From the NCBI GenBank assembly GCA_014905635.1, contig JABVCE010000017.1:744001-795618 (forward strand): a stretch of 51,618 nucleotides of DNA, read 5' to 3'. Origin of the DNA: Scenedesmus sp. PABB004 (Eukaryota). Position 1 is the stretch's first letter. Each line of letters begins with the position of its first letter. This document shows, piece by piece, positions 1-11,717 of this stretch. A program made the translations under genes and the position numbers. Below the pieces are notes generated by a model, which was given only the letters and a program-made list of their open reading frames with translations, searched no databases and had not been told where the DNA came from.

Positions 1-162
1 GAGGGGGGGGGGTCGAGGGGTGGGGTGCGAGGAGGGGTGTGAGAGGAGGAGGGGCGAGAGGAGGGGCGTGAGAGGAGGTGAGAGGGAGCGAGGGCAAAGG
101 AGAGCAAAGGAGAGCAAAGGAGGGCGCGGCGCGCGGCCGGGGCAGCGGCGGGCGGCGCGCAC

Positions 163-620
163 CGTGAACTCGCCCTGCGCAGTCGGCGCACAGACGCTGA
201 CAAACTCCTCCAGCCGGTCCGCCACGTCGGCCGCCGACGCGTCCGACAGCTTGCGCCCGCGCATGTCTGCGGGGGCGGCGGCGGCGGCGCCCGCGGCGGC
301 GGCGGCGGGCATGGGTGGCGTGCGGCCCAGGGACCACCTAAACCCCCTCCCTGGGGGTCCCCCGAGCCCTGGGCCCTCCCCCGGGGGGGGGGGGGCGGGG
401 GGCGCCGCGCCTGTAACCCAGAAGACGTCGCTCGCGCCGCCGTCGTCGCTCGTGGCGAGCACCGCGTTGTGCACGCGGCAGCCCAGGCCTGGAGGGGCGA
501 CGCGCGGCGCGGCGGGGCGCGCGCGCGGGCGCGTGGGCGCCGGGGTTAGCACGCGGCGGGCGCGCCATGAGGCGCTGCGCCCTGGACCGCCGCCGCAAAA
601 GCCCTGGTCCCCTGAACCCC

Positions 621-652
<32 letters not shown>

Positions 653-1251
653 CACCGTTCATGACCCACGTTATGACGCGCAGCAGCCCAGGGTAGTCAG
701 CCACCTGCGGGGGAGGGGGGGGGGGTGGAGCGCGGCGTGCGCGGGTTGGGGCGCGCCGCGGCCGCGCCGCCGCCGTCCCCCGCGGCCGCCGGCGCCGGCG
801 CCTCACGTCGATGGCAAACTTGGTGTAGTGCGCGTGGCCGGCATTGTCTGGCGGGGGCACGCGGCGGCACGCGGCGGCACGCGGCGCGGCGCGGGCGCGG
901 CGGGGTGGGACTCGCCGCTGCGCGCGCCGTGGGCAGGAGAAGACGAGCGCGCGCCGGAGAGCCCGCCGCGCGCACCCGCCACGACAAAGGCCGGGTTGCA
1001 CGGCGCCATGTCGGCCCAGCCCTCCTCGCCCTCCTCGCCCGCCGGCGCCGGCGCGGGCGACGCCGCGGCGCGGGCGCGGCGGCGCGCGGGCGCGCGTCGC
1101 TGCTGCCGCCCGCCGCCGCCGCCACCGCGCCGCCGCCGACGCCGCGGCGGGGGCCGGCGACCGCACGCGCACGCGGCGCAGCGCAGGCTCGCGCGCTGCC
1201 GGCGGACGCCGCCAGGCGCGGCGGCGCGGGCGGCGGCGCCGGCAGCAGCAT
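163..1251 (-). CDS. ACT-domain-containing protein (ACR-like, possible plastid transit peptide); 3' part runs off the left edge
   Basis: Spliced exons 1251-976, 847-807, 704-656, 488-411, 266-163 give ...AFVVADNAGHAHYTKFAIDVADYPGLLRVITWVMNGLGCRVHNAVLATSDDGGASDVFWVTDMRGRKLSD..., matching the ACT pattern D(R/Y)PGLL...L...V..A......A.DVF.VT. Exon 1 has an apparent 1-nt frameshift. Confidence 0.75.
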
Positions 1252-2101
1252 CGAGTCTGGTGCGGCGCGTGCGCTGGTGGCGTGCGGCGTGCGTGCGTGC
1301 GGCTGCGCTGCTGGTGTCGTGGCGGAGGTATGCACGCGGGGGAGGCGATCTGGGGGGCTCTCCGCGGTCGTGGACGACCGTAGCTCGCGACCGAAGCGGC
1401 CGGTGCGCTCCCGGCAAGGGCCACCCGACGTTTCGTGCCCTGCCCGCGCGACAGCGCGTCCACCACCTCAAACGTCCACCTGCGTGCGCTGCGCCATCAT
1501 CAGCAACGCCGCGCAGCGAGCGGCAGCAGCCCGCAGCGTCCTCCCGCCGCCCTCGGGTGCGCGGCGACTGGCGTGGGCGGGCGCAACGCGCTGTCCGTCG
1601 CAACCTCTAGCTCTCGGCCGCCCGCGCCGGGCCGTGCGGGCCGCGCGCGCGCCGCGCGAGGCCATCGCCGGCCGTCGGCGCGGCCCCGCAGAGCCAGCGG
1701 CGCGCGGAGGGCGCGGGGCGGCTGACACGCAGCAATTGCACGCGCGGCCAGGCGGCCCGCCGCGCTGGCACGCCGCGCCGCGCCGCGCCGCACGCAGCCG
1801 CCGCTGCTGCCGCCGCCGCCGGCGCCGCTGCCGGCTGCGCGGCTGGCGGCGCCACCGGCCGCCTCACCCGGGCCCTCCCGCGACCCGGCCCGCCCGCAGG
1901 CGCGTGAGGCGCGCGCACCCGGCAGCCGCCCCGGCGCGCGGCGGCTGGCCGGCGCGCGGCCGGCAGCGGACGACGGCGGCGCAGCGCGTGGGGCGCTGCG
2001 CGGGCGCGCGCGGCGCCGTGGCGGCGCGGGCCTAGCGGCGGCGACAGCGCCGCGGCCGCGCGGCGCGCGCTCGGTGGCGCCCGCCCGCCGGCGCCGGCGC
2101 C

Positions 2102-5100
2102 ATGGCGGGCGGCAAGAGCCACGCCAAGCGCAAGTCGGGGCGCAAGGCTGACAAGAAAAAGGCCAAGGACGCGAAGCGCCGCGAGCTCGGCGGCCCGCCC
2201 AGCGTCGCGGCGGGCGCGGGCGCGGCGGTCGCGGGGCTCGGCAAGGGCGGTGAGAGCGCGCCGGGCGCCGCGCCGGGCGCCGCACGGCGGCGGGCCGCAC
2301 GGCGGCGGGCCGCGCGGCGGCGGGCCGCCGGCAGCAGCAGCAGCTGCGGTGGCGGCGACCCCCGCTCACCCCGCTCACCCCGCTCGCCGCCACGCGCGCC
2401 GCGGCGCAGGCAAGAAGGTCCGCTCCGCGCCCAAGGCCAAGGGCGACCCCGGGGCCAACCCCAAGGCCTTTGCCTTCCAGAGCGCGGGCAAGGCCAAGGC
2501 CGCGCAGGCGCGATCGGCAGAGAAGGAGCAGCGCCGCCTGCACGGTGACGAGCAGCGCCGCGCCGCAGCGCGAGAGGGGAGGGCGGCCGGGGGCGTGGCC
2601 TGGCTTGGGGGGCGCGTCGCGCCGCGCGGCGGCTGCGGGCGCGCCCCCGTGCTGACGCGCCCCGGCGCCGCCCGCCGCCGCGCCGCGCAGCGCCGCTGTC
2701 GGAGCGCGCGGGCGACGAGCCGCCGCCGCTGCTTGTGCTGGTGCACGGCCCGCCCCAGGCGCGCGCGGCGGCGGCGCACACTGGCAGCGCAGCTCCGCGC
2801 TCGGCTCCTGCCAACCCGCACCCTCCCCCCCCCCCCCCCACACACACACACATCCCAGGTGGGCAAGAGCAGCCTGATCCGGGGCCTGGTGAAGCACTTC
2901 ACCAAGCAGAGCCTGGCCGACCCGCGCGGCCCCATCACGGTCGTCACGGGCAAGCGCCGCCGCATCACGCTGCTCGAGTGCCCGCCAGACCTGCCCGGTG
3001 CGCGCCGCGCCCCGCCAGCGCTGGCCCCTCGCTCTCCCCTCTCTCCCTCCCTCTCTCTTGCTCTCTCCTCCCGCCCTCCCTCTCTCTTTTCCCTCCCTCC
3101 CTCGCTCTCTCTCTCGCTCCCTTCTCACACGCGCCCGCGCCCACATTCCCGGCCCCCGGCCCCCGCCGCCGCGCCCCCTGCACCCCGCGCCCCCCCTTAA
3201 CCCCCCTACCCCCCCCTTAAACCCCAGGCATGATGGACGCGGCCAAGGTCGCCGACCTGGTGCTGCTGCTCATCGACGGCGCGTTTGGGCTGGAGATGGA
3301 GACGTTTGAGTTCCTCAACCTCCTGCAGGCGCGCGGGGGGCGGGGTTTAGGGGCGGCTGAGGGCGGGGTTTAGCGGGGTGCGCAGGGCTTAGCGGGGATG
3401 GGGTCAGGGGGCGAGCGGGGGGGGGGGGGGGGGGGCAGGGGGGTCGCCGACCGCCCGCAGGGGGCCGCGTGAAGGGGGCTCGGCGCCCGCCCAGCACTCG
3501 CGCCGCGCCGTGTCCGCCGCCCCCCTGCCCTCCTAAACCCCGCCTCCCGCCTCCCGGCTGCTGCGCCCCCTAAACCGCCCTAAACCGCTGCCGCCGCCGC
3601 TGCCCTAAACCGCCGGGGTCCAGGTTCACGGCTTCCCCAAGGTCATGGGCGTGCTGACGCACCTCGACGGCTTCAGGGAGGCGGCCAAGCTCAAAAAGGC
3701 AAAGAAGGCGCTCAAGGTGTGGGTGGGGGTGTGTGTGTGGGGGGGGGGGGGGGCGGGTGGGGGCGGGTGGGTGTGTGGGGGGGCATGGGGTGTGAACTTG
3801 GGGCCGGCGCGCGAGGGGCACACCCCCACACACCCCACACCCCACCACACACACCCCCCCCACACACCTCACACCTCACACACGCACCACCGCCCCCCCA
3901 AAACACAAGGCGCGGTTCTGGGCCGAGGTCTATGACGGCGCCAAGCTCTTCTACCTCTCAGGCATGACCCACGGGCGCTACCTCAAGCGCGAGGTGACGC
4001 GCGCGCGCGCGGTGGGGTTTAGGGCCTGAGCTGGGGGGGGGGGTCAAGAGTGGGTTCAGGGGGTCTTGCAGGGCGGCGCGGGCCGGCGGCGGCGCGCGCT
4101 GCGGGCAGGCGGGCGGCCGCCCCGCGCGTCTGGCCCGGGCCCGCGCTCGACGCCCTGTGCCCCGCCTCGGCCCTAACGCCTAAACCCTGCGCCCCCAGAT
4201 CCTAAACCTCGCGCGCTTCATCAGCGTCGCCAAGACGCGCCCGCTGAGCTGGCGCCTGGAGCACCCCTACCTCCTGGCTGACAGGTGGGGTGGGTGGGTG
4301 TGTGTGTGTGTGTGGGGGGGGGGGGGATGAAGGGAGGGGGCGCGCGACCTTGCGCGCCCTGCGCCCCGCGCCCTCGAGCCGTCGCTCTCCCCTGCGCCGC
4401 CGCTGCGCGCCCTGCTCCCCCCCCCCCCGCTCTCTCCCTCCCTTCCACACGCACACACACACGTCCACCCACCCCCTCACGCCCGCCCACGCCCGCCCGC
4501 GCCCGCGCCCGCGCCCGCCCGCCCGTGCCGCCGGCCAGGCTGGAGGACGTGACGCCGCCCGAGGTGGTGCGGCTGTCGCCCAAGGCCGACCGCAGCCTGC
4601 TGGTCTACGGCTACCTGCGCGGCGCGCCGCTGCGCCCGGCGCGCGGCTGCACCTCGCGGGCGTGGGAGACTTTGACCTGCAGGCGCGGGGCCGGGGTTGG
4701 GGGGGGGGACCAGGGGTTTAGGGGGGCAGGGGTTGCGGGGGGAGGGGGCAGGGGTTGCAGGGCGCCGGCCCCGGGGGAAGGGCGGGAGGGCGCCGCGGGC
4801 GAGGCTGCAGGCGAGCGGGGGTTTGATTGAGGCGCCGCCGCAGCGCGCGGCCGCGAGCGCCGGCTGACGCCCGCCCGCCCGCGCGCCCCCGCGCGCGCGC
4901 GGCGCGGCCGCCAGGAGGTGGACGCGCTGCCGGACCCCTGCCCGCTGCCGCACCAGGAGGCGGCCGCGGCGGCGGCGCCCGCCGCGGGCGCCGAGGGCGG
5001 CGCGGGTGCGCCGCGCCGCGCCGCGCCGCGGCCCGTCTCCCGCCGCCGCGCCGCGCCCCGTCTCCCGCCGCCGCGCCGCGCCCCCGTCTCCCGCCGCCGC

Positions 5101-5586
5101 GCCGCGCCCCCGTCTCCCGCCGCCGCGCCGCGCCCCCTCCCACCTGCCCCCTGCCCCCCGCCCCCTGCCCCCTGCCGCCCTGCCGCCCCTCTGCCGCCCT
5201 CCTCCCCCCCCCCCCCCCCCCCTGCGCCCCGCAGCCAAGCCGGCGCGGCGGCGCACGCTGAGCGACCGCCAGCGCCTCATCCACGCGCCCATGGCCGACC
5301 TGGGGGGCATGCTGTTTGACCGGGACGCCGTCTACATCGACCTGCCAGACTGGAAGGTGCGTAGGGGGCTGAGGGTTCAAGGGGGTTTAGCAGGGGGTGC
5401 AGGGGCGGTACGGCGGGCGGGCGGGGCGGCACGCCGGCAAGCAGGGGGCAGGCAGGCCCTGCCTGCGTGCGCGGCCGCTGCGCCTGCACCGCCTGCGCCG
5501 CCCGTGTGCTGCTGGCGGGGCGCTCGCTGACCGCTCGACGCGCGCGGCGCAGCCCATGCGCCGCCGCCGCGCCGCCGCGTCCCCCC

Positions 5587-5617
<31 letters not shown>

Positions 5618-8600
5618 ACCCCCCCACCACGCCACCGCCCCCGCTGCGCCCTCCCAGGTGCAGTACAGCACCGCTGCGGCGGCGGCGGCGGCCTCGGGCG
5701 ACGCGGCCGCGGCGGCGGCGGCCGCCGCGGCGGCGGGCGCGGCGGGCGGGTCGCTGCAGGAGGGCGAGGCGATGGTGCGGGGCCTCGCCGGCGCGCGGCT
5801 GGCGGTGGACGAGAAGCTGCAGCGCAGCCGCATTCAGCTCTTTGGCGGCAGCAGCACAGGCGGCGGCGCCGGCGCCGCCTGGCGCGGCAGCGGCGACAGC
5901 GACGGCAGCGGCAGCGACGGCGAGGGGACGGAGGGCGAGGAGGAGAGCGGCAGCGGCGGCGAGGACGACGAGGGCAGCGACGGCGACGACGGCAGCGGCG
6001 ACGGCGAGGGCGCCAGCAGCGGCAGCGGCAGCGAGTCGGAGGGCGACGACGGCGGCGGCGGCGGCGCGCGGCCGCGTTGCCTGCTGCGAGGCATGCCGCG
6101 CGGCGAGCAGCGCGTCGCCGCCGGCGGCCGGCTGCGCCGGCGCGCGCTGTTCGAGCCGTCCGACGCCGACGGCGGCGGCGCCGGGGCGACGCCGCGGCGT
6201 GGGAGGGCGACAGCGACGAGGGCGACGAGGCGGAGGAGGCGGCGCGCGGCGGCGGTGGCGGCGGCCCGCGCAAGCGGCAGCGCCGCGCCGCCAGCGACGA
6301 CGACGCCGCCCCCGACGCCGCCGACGCTGACGGCGAGGAGGATGAGGACGAGGGCCTGGGCGCGGCGGCGGCGTGGAAGTCCCGCATCCAGGAGCGCCTG
6401 GCGAGCCTCTTTGCCGCGCGCGGCGCCGACCTGGCGTCGCTCGTGTACGGCACCCCCGCCGCCGCGGCCGCGCCCGGCGCAGGCGCCGGCGGCAACCGCG
6501 GCGGCGGCGGCGGCGCCGCCGGCCGCGGCGGCGAGGACGGCGGCGGCGGCGGCGAGGGCAGCGACAGCGACGGCGAGGACTTTTTCACGCTCAAGCTGCC
6601 CGGCGGCGGCGCGGCGCCGGGCGCGCAGCGCCGCGATGGCGGCGGCGCCGCACAGGTCGCGGCGGGGCTGCTCGCGGCCGGCGCGCGCGGCGTCGGCGCC
6701 GGCGCCGGCGGCGCGGCGCTGCCGGCGGCCGTCGCGTGGCTGGACGCGCCCGACTCGCTCGACAGCAGCCGCCCCGCCGCCGCGGCCGCGGCGGCCGCGT
6801 CGGCCGGCGGCGGGCTGCCGGGCGGGCTGCCGGCGGGGCCGGGGTTTAGCCTGCTGGACCTCGACGCGCGCTGGGGCGCGCCCGGCGCGGTGGCGGGCCT
6901 GCGCGACCGCTTTGTCACGGGCGACTGGGACGCCGCGGCCGCGCGCGCGGCCGCGGCGCGCGGCGCCAGCGACGACGGCGACGACGAGGGCGAGGAGGGT
7001 GCGGCGGCGCCGCCGCCGCCGCCGCGGGCGCCCACGCCCGCGCGCCTGCTGAGCCAGCTGCACGCGCCACACCTCCCACACCGTGCCCTCGCCCGTCACC
7101 CCTCACCCTCTCGCCCTCTCACCCCCTAAACCCTGCCGTCCCCGGCGCCGTCGTCTAAACCCCAGGTGACGTGTTTGGCGACTTTGAGGACGTCGAGGCG
7201 GGGCTGACCTTTGCGCCCGGCGACGCCGCGACGGAGGCGGCGCGGCGCGCCATCGCCGACGCCACGGTGCGGCGCGATGGGTGGGGGAGGGGAGCAGGGG
7301 AGGCGGGGCGGGCGCGAGGCCGCGGCGGCGCGCGGCGCGCCTCTCGCGCGCGCGGCCGAGCCCGGCGGCGCTCCCCGCCGCCGCCGGTCGCGCAGGCGGA
7401 GGAGCTGCGCGCCAAGAAGATCGCCAAGCGCGCCGCGTGGGACGCGGGCTTCGCCTCGGGCGGCGCCGCCGGCGCGGCCGCGGCCGCGGCGGCGGCCGAC
7501 CGCGGCGCGCCGCCGCCCGGCAGCGACGACGGCAAGGGCGACGACGACGGCGACGACGGCGACGCCGGCGCGGGCGGCGCGGCGCAGGTGCGGGGCGGCG
7601 GCCGGCGGCGGCCCGCCCACCAGCGGCAGCCGGGCGCGCCCGCCGCCCTCTCGCGCCCGCCGACCCGCACCGCCGCCGCCGCCCTGCCGCGCCGCCGCCG
7701 CCGCTGCCGCCCCCGCCGCCAGGCGGCGCCAAGGGCAAGCTCGGGCGCCGCGGCGGGCCGGGCGCGGCGGGCGAGGAGGAGAGTTTCTTTGACGCGCAGA
7801 AGCGCGACCTCGCGGCGCGCGCCGCAGCGACCGCGGCGCGCTGGCGGGGCTCGACCCGGCGACGCGCGTCGCGCTCGCGGGCCACGCGCCGGGGACCTAC
7901 GTGCGCCTGCGCCTCAGCGGTGCGGCTCGGCCCGCGCGGCGCGTGCGCCGCCTGCGGCGCCCGCCGCGACCCCGGCCGCCGCCGCCGCCGCGCCCGCTCC
8001 CGCCGACGCCCTGGCCTGCCGCCGCGCCCGCGCGCGTGCGCGTGCGCGCGCGCGCGCCAGGCGTGCCGTGCGAGCTGGTGGCGCACTGGGACCCGCGGCG
8101 CCCGCTGCTCGTGGGCGGGCTGGGCAGGGCGAGACGCGCATGGGCGTGATGCGGCTGCGCCTCAAGCGCCACAGGCACGCGCCGCGCCGCGCCGCGCCGC
8201 GCGCGCGCAGGGGGCTGTCGCTGCTGGCCTGGGGGGGGGGGGGGGGCTAAACCCTGTGCGCTGGCTGCCTGGCCTAAACCCTCGCCCCTTGCCCCCCCTA
8301 AACCGCCCAGGTGGTACCCCCGCATCCTCAAGACGCGCGACCCGCTGCTGCTCAGCGTCGGCTGGCGCCGCTTCCAGGCGCGCGCGCGCAGCGCCGCGCG
8401 CCGCGCCGCCGCCCCTCCCCGTGCGCCCCGCCGCGCCACCTCCTCCGCGCCTCCTCCCTGACCCCCTTCCCTCCCCTTTCACCCACACGCCCACGCCCAC
8501 ACACAGTCCATGCCGGTGTACGCGCTGGAGGACCACAACCGCCGCCTGCGCGCGCTCAAGTACACGCCCCAGCACGCGCACTGCCTGGCCGCCCTCTACG

Positions 8601-10922
8601 GCCCCCTCGCGCCGCCAAACACGGGTGAGACGCCGCGCCCGCGCCCGCGCCCGCGCGCCGGGGCCGAGGCTTGTTTGTTTATGGCTAGGAGGGCCCCCCC
8701 ACCACTAGGGGGCGCGGCGGAGGAGCCCCCTCTGCCCGCGCCGCCCTCCCGCGCGGCCGCCGGCGCCGCGCCGCCCCCTCTCCCCGCCCACGCCCACCCG
8801 CGCCCGCCCCGCGCCCCCGCGCGCGCCGCCAGGCGTGGTCGCGGTGCACGCGAGCGCAGCGGGGCCGACGCCGCCGTCGAGCTGGCGCATCGCCGCGACG
8901 GCGGTCGTGCTGGAGCAGGACGCTGAGCTTCGGGTGGTCAAGAAGCTCAAGCTCGTCGGCACGCCGCTCAAGGTGGGTCAGGGCTTTGACAGCGCGGGCG
9001 GCTGCGTGTGTGGCTGCGTGTGTGTGGGTGTGCGTGTGGGGTGTGTCGGTGTCTGGTTGCGTGTGCACACACGCACGCGTGCGTGCGTGTACACACGCAC
9101 GTGTACGCTTGCTTGTAAGTGCCTACACGCAAGCCTACACGTGTGTATGTACACGCACGCACGCGTGCGTGTGTGCACACGCAACCAGACACCCACACAC
9201 ACACGCACACCCACTCACACCCACACACTATGAGCGTGGGGTGGTCAAGGGGCACGGGGCGAGGAGCGCGCACCGCCGCCGCCGCCGCCGCCGCCGCGGC
9301 GCCGCCGCGTCGCCAGGTGGCCAGCACAGCGCGTTTGTGGGCGGCATGTTCACGAGCCAGCTCGAGGCGGCGCGCTTCGAGGGCGCGGCGGTCACGACCG
9401 TCAGCGGCATCAGGGGCACCATCAAGAGGGCCCTGCGCGCGGGTGCGCCGCGCGCCAAAGAGGGGGCGAGGGGGCGTGCGCGACCGGGCCGCGCGCCACG
9501 CGAGCCGCCGCGCCGCCTCGGCGCCTCGCGCGCGCCCTGCCAGCTCAGCGTCCCCACCCACCCACACGAACACCCGCACGCGCACGCGCACGCGCCCACG
9601 CACGCACCGCAGGCGTGCAGGGCGTGCCGGACGGGGGCGTGCGCGTGACGTTCGAGGACAAGCCGCTGCTGAGTGACATCGTTTTCCTCCGCGCCTGGGT
9701 GGCCGTCGACATCCCGCGCCTCCACGTCACCGCGAGCAACCTGCTCGCGCCGCCGCTGCGGCTCGCGCACGCCGCCGGCGTGACGCGCAAGGGCCACGCG
9801 CCGGCGCCCGACGCCGCCGCGGGGGCCGCCCCGGCGCGGCAGCAGCAGCAGCAGCAGCAGCAGCAGGGGCAGCAGGCGTCGGCGGCGCCGGCGCCGGCGC
9901 CGGCAGGCGGCGCGGGCTTTGCGCCCGCGCCGCGCTGGTCGGGGCCGCGGCCGGGCTGCGTGTTCAAGGCGGGGCCGCTGGGTCTGGGCTACTATGCCGA
10001 CGCCGGCGGCCCCGCCCCCGCCGGGCACGCGGCCGGTGCGGCGCCGGCGGCGCGGGCGCGGGCGCCGGCGGCGGCGCGCCGACGCCCGCGGCGGACGGGA
10101 GCGCCGCTGCGCCCCCGGCGGCGCTGGGCTGGGTGGGCATGCGCACGGTCGCGGAGCTGCGCCGCGCGGCGGGCGTGGGCGCGCCGGTGGTGAGCGACAG
10201 CCTGTACCGCCCCGTGGTGCGCGCGCCGCGGGTGTTCAACCCGCTCAAGGTCCCCGCCAAGCTGCAGGCGGCGCTGCCGTTCAAGACCAAGCCCAAAGTG
10301 GTGCGCCGCCTGGCCGGGGGGCGGCTAGGGTTTAGGGTTGAGGGCGGGGCGGCAGGCGGCAGAGCTGGGCAGCGCGGGTGGCGCGCGGCGCGGAGCTCGC
10401 GAGACGGGGAGAGAACGAACGCCGCGCCGCCGCGCCGCCGCCGCCGCCGCCGCCGCTGCCGCCGCCGCGCAGGAGGCGCCGCGCAAGCGCAAGACGCTGG
10501 AGGCCAAGCGCGCGGTGGTGCTGGACAAGCCGGAGAAGGCGGCGGCGGCCCTGCTGGCGCAGCTCAACGCCATCCGCAACGCCAAGGCCGACAAGCGCCG
10601 CGCCGCGGGCGCGCGGCGGCGCGAGGCGCAGGCCAAGAAGGCGGCCAAGGAGGCGGAGTGGCGCGACAGGCGCGGGCGCGGGGGCGCGGGGGCGCGGCCG
10701 GTGGCGCGCGCGGCGCTCGCGGGCCGCAGCTCAGCGTGGCGCGCTCGGCCGCCCTCAACCCCCGCCGCCGCCGCGCCGCACCGCAGGTACAGCAAGGATC
10801 AGCGCAAGACGCGCTACGTGGCGCAGGGCCAGGCCGCCAAGCGCGCGGCCGCCGCGGCCGAGGGCGGCGGCGGCGGCGGCAAGGGCGGCGGCAAGGGCCG
10901 CAAGAGGCCGCGCGCCGAGTGA
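2102..10922 (+). CDS. BMS1: Ribosome biogenesis GTPase BMS1, about 23 exons
   Basis: Spliced peptides NPKAFAFQS, HGPPQVGKSSLI (P-loop), GPITVVTGKRRRITLLECP, DAAKVADLVLLLIDG, EMETFEFLNLLQVHGFPKVMGVLTHLD, KRHRWYPRILKTRDPL, LKYTPQHAHC, VVKKLKLVGTP, TVSGIRGTIKRAL, TFEDKPLLSDIVFLRAW, FNPLKVPAKLQAALPFKTKPK. Several 1-nt frameshifts are likely assembly errors. Confidence 0.97.
5034..5137. repeat. Intronic minisatellite, about 4 copies of a 25-26 nt unit cgtctcccgccgccgcgccgcgcccc(c)
   Basis: Direct tandem repetition inside a BMS1 intron. Confidence 0.8.
9048..9193. repeat. Long inverted repeat in a BMS1 intron (72-nt arms, 2-nt loop), extending imperfectly to about 9021-9217
   Basis: 9048-9093 is the exact reverse complement of 9148-9193 (46 bp). 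The inner 26 bp have 5 mismatches. Confidence 0.95.
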
Positions 10923-11717
10923 CGGGGAGGGCGGTGCAGGCAACGGAGCCCGCTCGGCTTGGCGCGCCGGGAGGCCGACGCGGCTGCGGCGGTGGTGCGG
11001 CGCCCGCGCTGGCAATCGCAACCGGCCGGCCGCGCGCGCGACGTGTTCCTGGGTGGGCCGCACGCATTGCATGCCGCCGCCGCCGTGCGCTTACAGGGGC
11101 CTTCTCTGCGCCGCGCCGCGCCGTGCCGCGCCGCGCCCGGCAGCGGCACCCCGCCGCGCGCCGCGCCAGCAGCGGCGGCGGTGCAGGGCCCAGGCGCAGG
11201 CGCCGCCCGGCCGCCGAGCCCGCGCCCGCCCACAGCCGCCGCCCTCAGCGCCCAGCCACGTACACAAGCGCCGGCCGCAGCCCGCAGCTCCAGCACGCCG
11301 CGCCGCCCAGCGCCCGCCCGCTGCTGCAGCGCGCCGCCCGCCCCCGCCCGCGGCGCGCCCCAGGCCAGGCGGTGCGCGGACCTGCGGGCGCCTGACAGCC
11401 AGGTCGGGCCGTCCAGCGCAGTTCCAGGCGAGCCGCGCGCGCGGGCGGGCTAGGAGGGCAGCGGCGTCGGGCGCTGCGCGGCGCCCGCTGCGGGCGGCCG
11501 GGGCCGCGGCGGTGCGCGGCGGGTGGGCGTGCCGCGTGGGATGCCGGTCCTGCGTGCCTCACGCGCCGCTGGCTGGCCCGCCGCTGCGCCGCCGGGCGGG
11601 GGCGGGCACGGCGCCACGCCGCTGCTGCTGCGCTCACGTCGCCCGCGCGCTCGCCCACTCTGCTGCCGGCGACGGCTGCTTTCCCTCCTGCTGGCCCGCA
11701 GGCATCCAGTGGACTCC

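Noticed and set aside
5034..5137. Regular repeats here and at about 32450-32570 as CRISPR-like arrays
   Set aside because: They are head-to-tail with no unique spacers in a eukaryotic context: a minisatellite and a coding Ala-rich repeat.
8665..8735. AT-rich island with small stems in a BMS1 intron as a possible snoRNA
   Set aside because: No convincing C/D or H/ACA boxes were found.
4635..10130. Multiple frameshifts in BMS1 (about 4638, 6185, 7835, 8125, 9322, 10120) and in the ACT, MYND and LPEAT genes, suggesting pseudogenes or programmed frameshifting
   Set aside because: Those examined are repaired by adding one base in a G/C run, flanking sequence is intact, and BMS1 is essential. This is typical long-read deletion error; check by polishing.
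11091..11095. Minus-strand TGTAA implying the 12787-13666 gene's 3' UTR spans the ankyrin gene
   Set aside because: It is 1.7 kb from that stop, and a few chance 5-mers are expected in a window this size.
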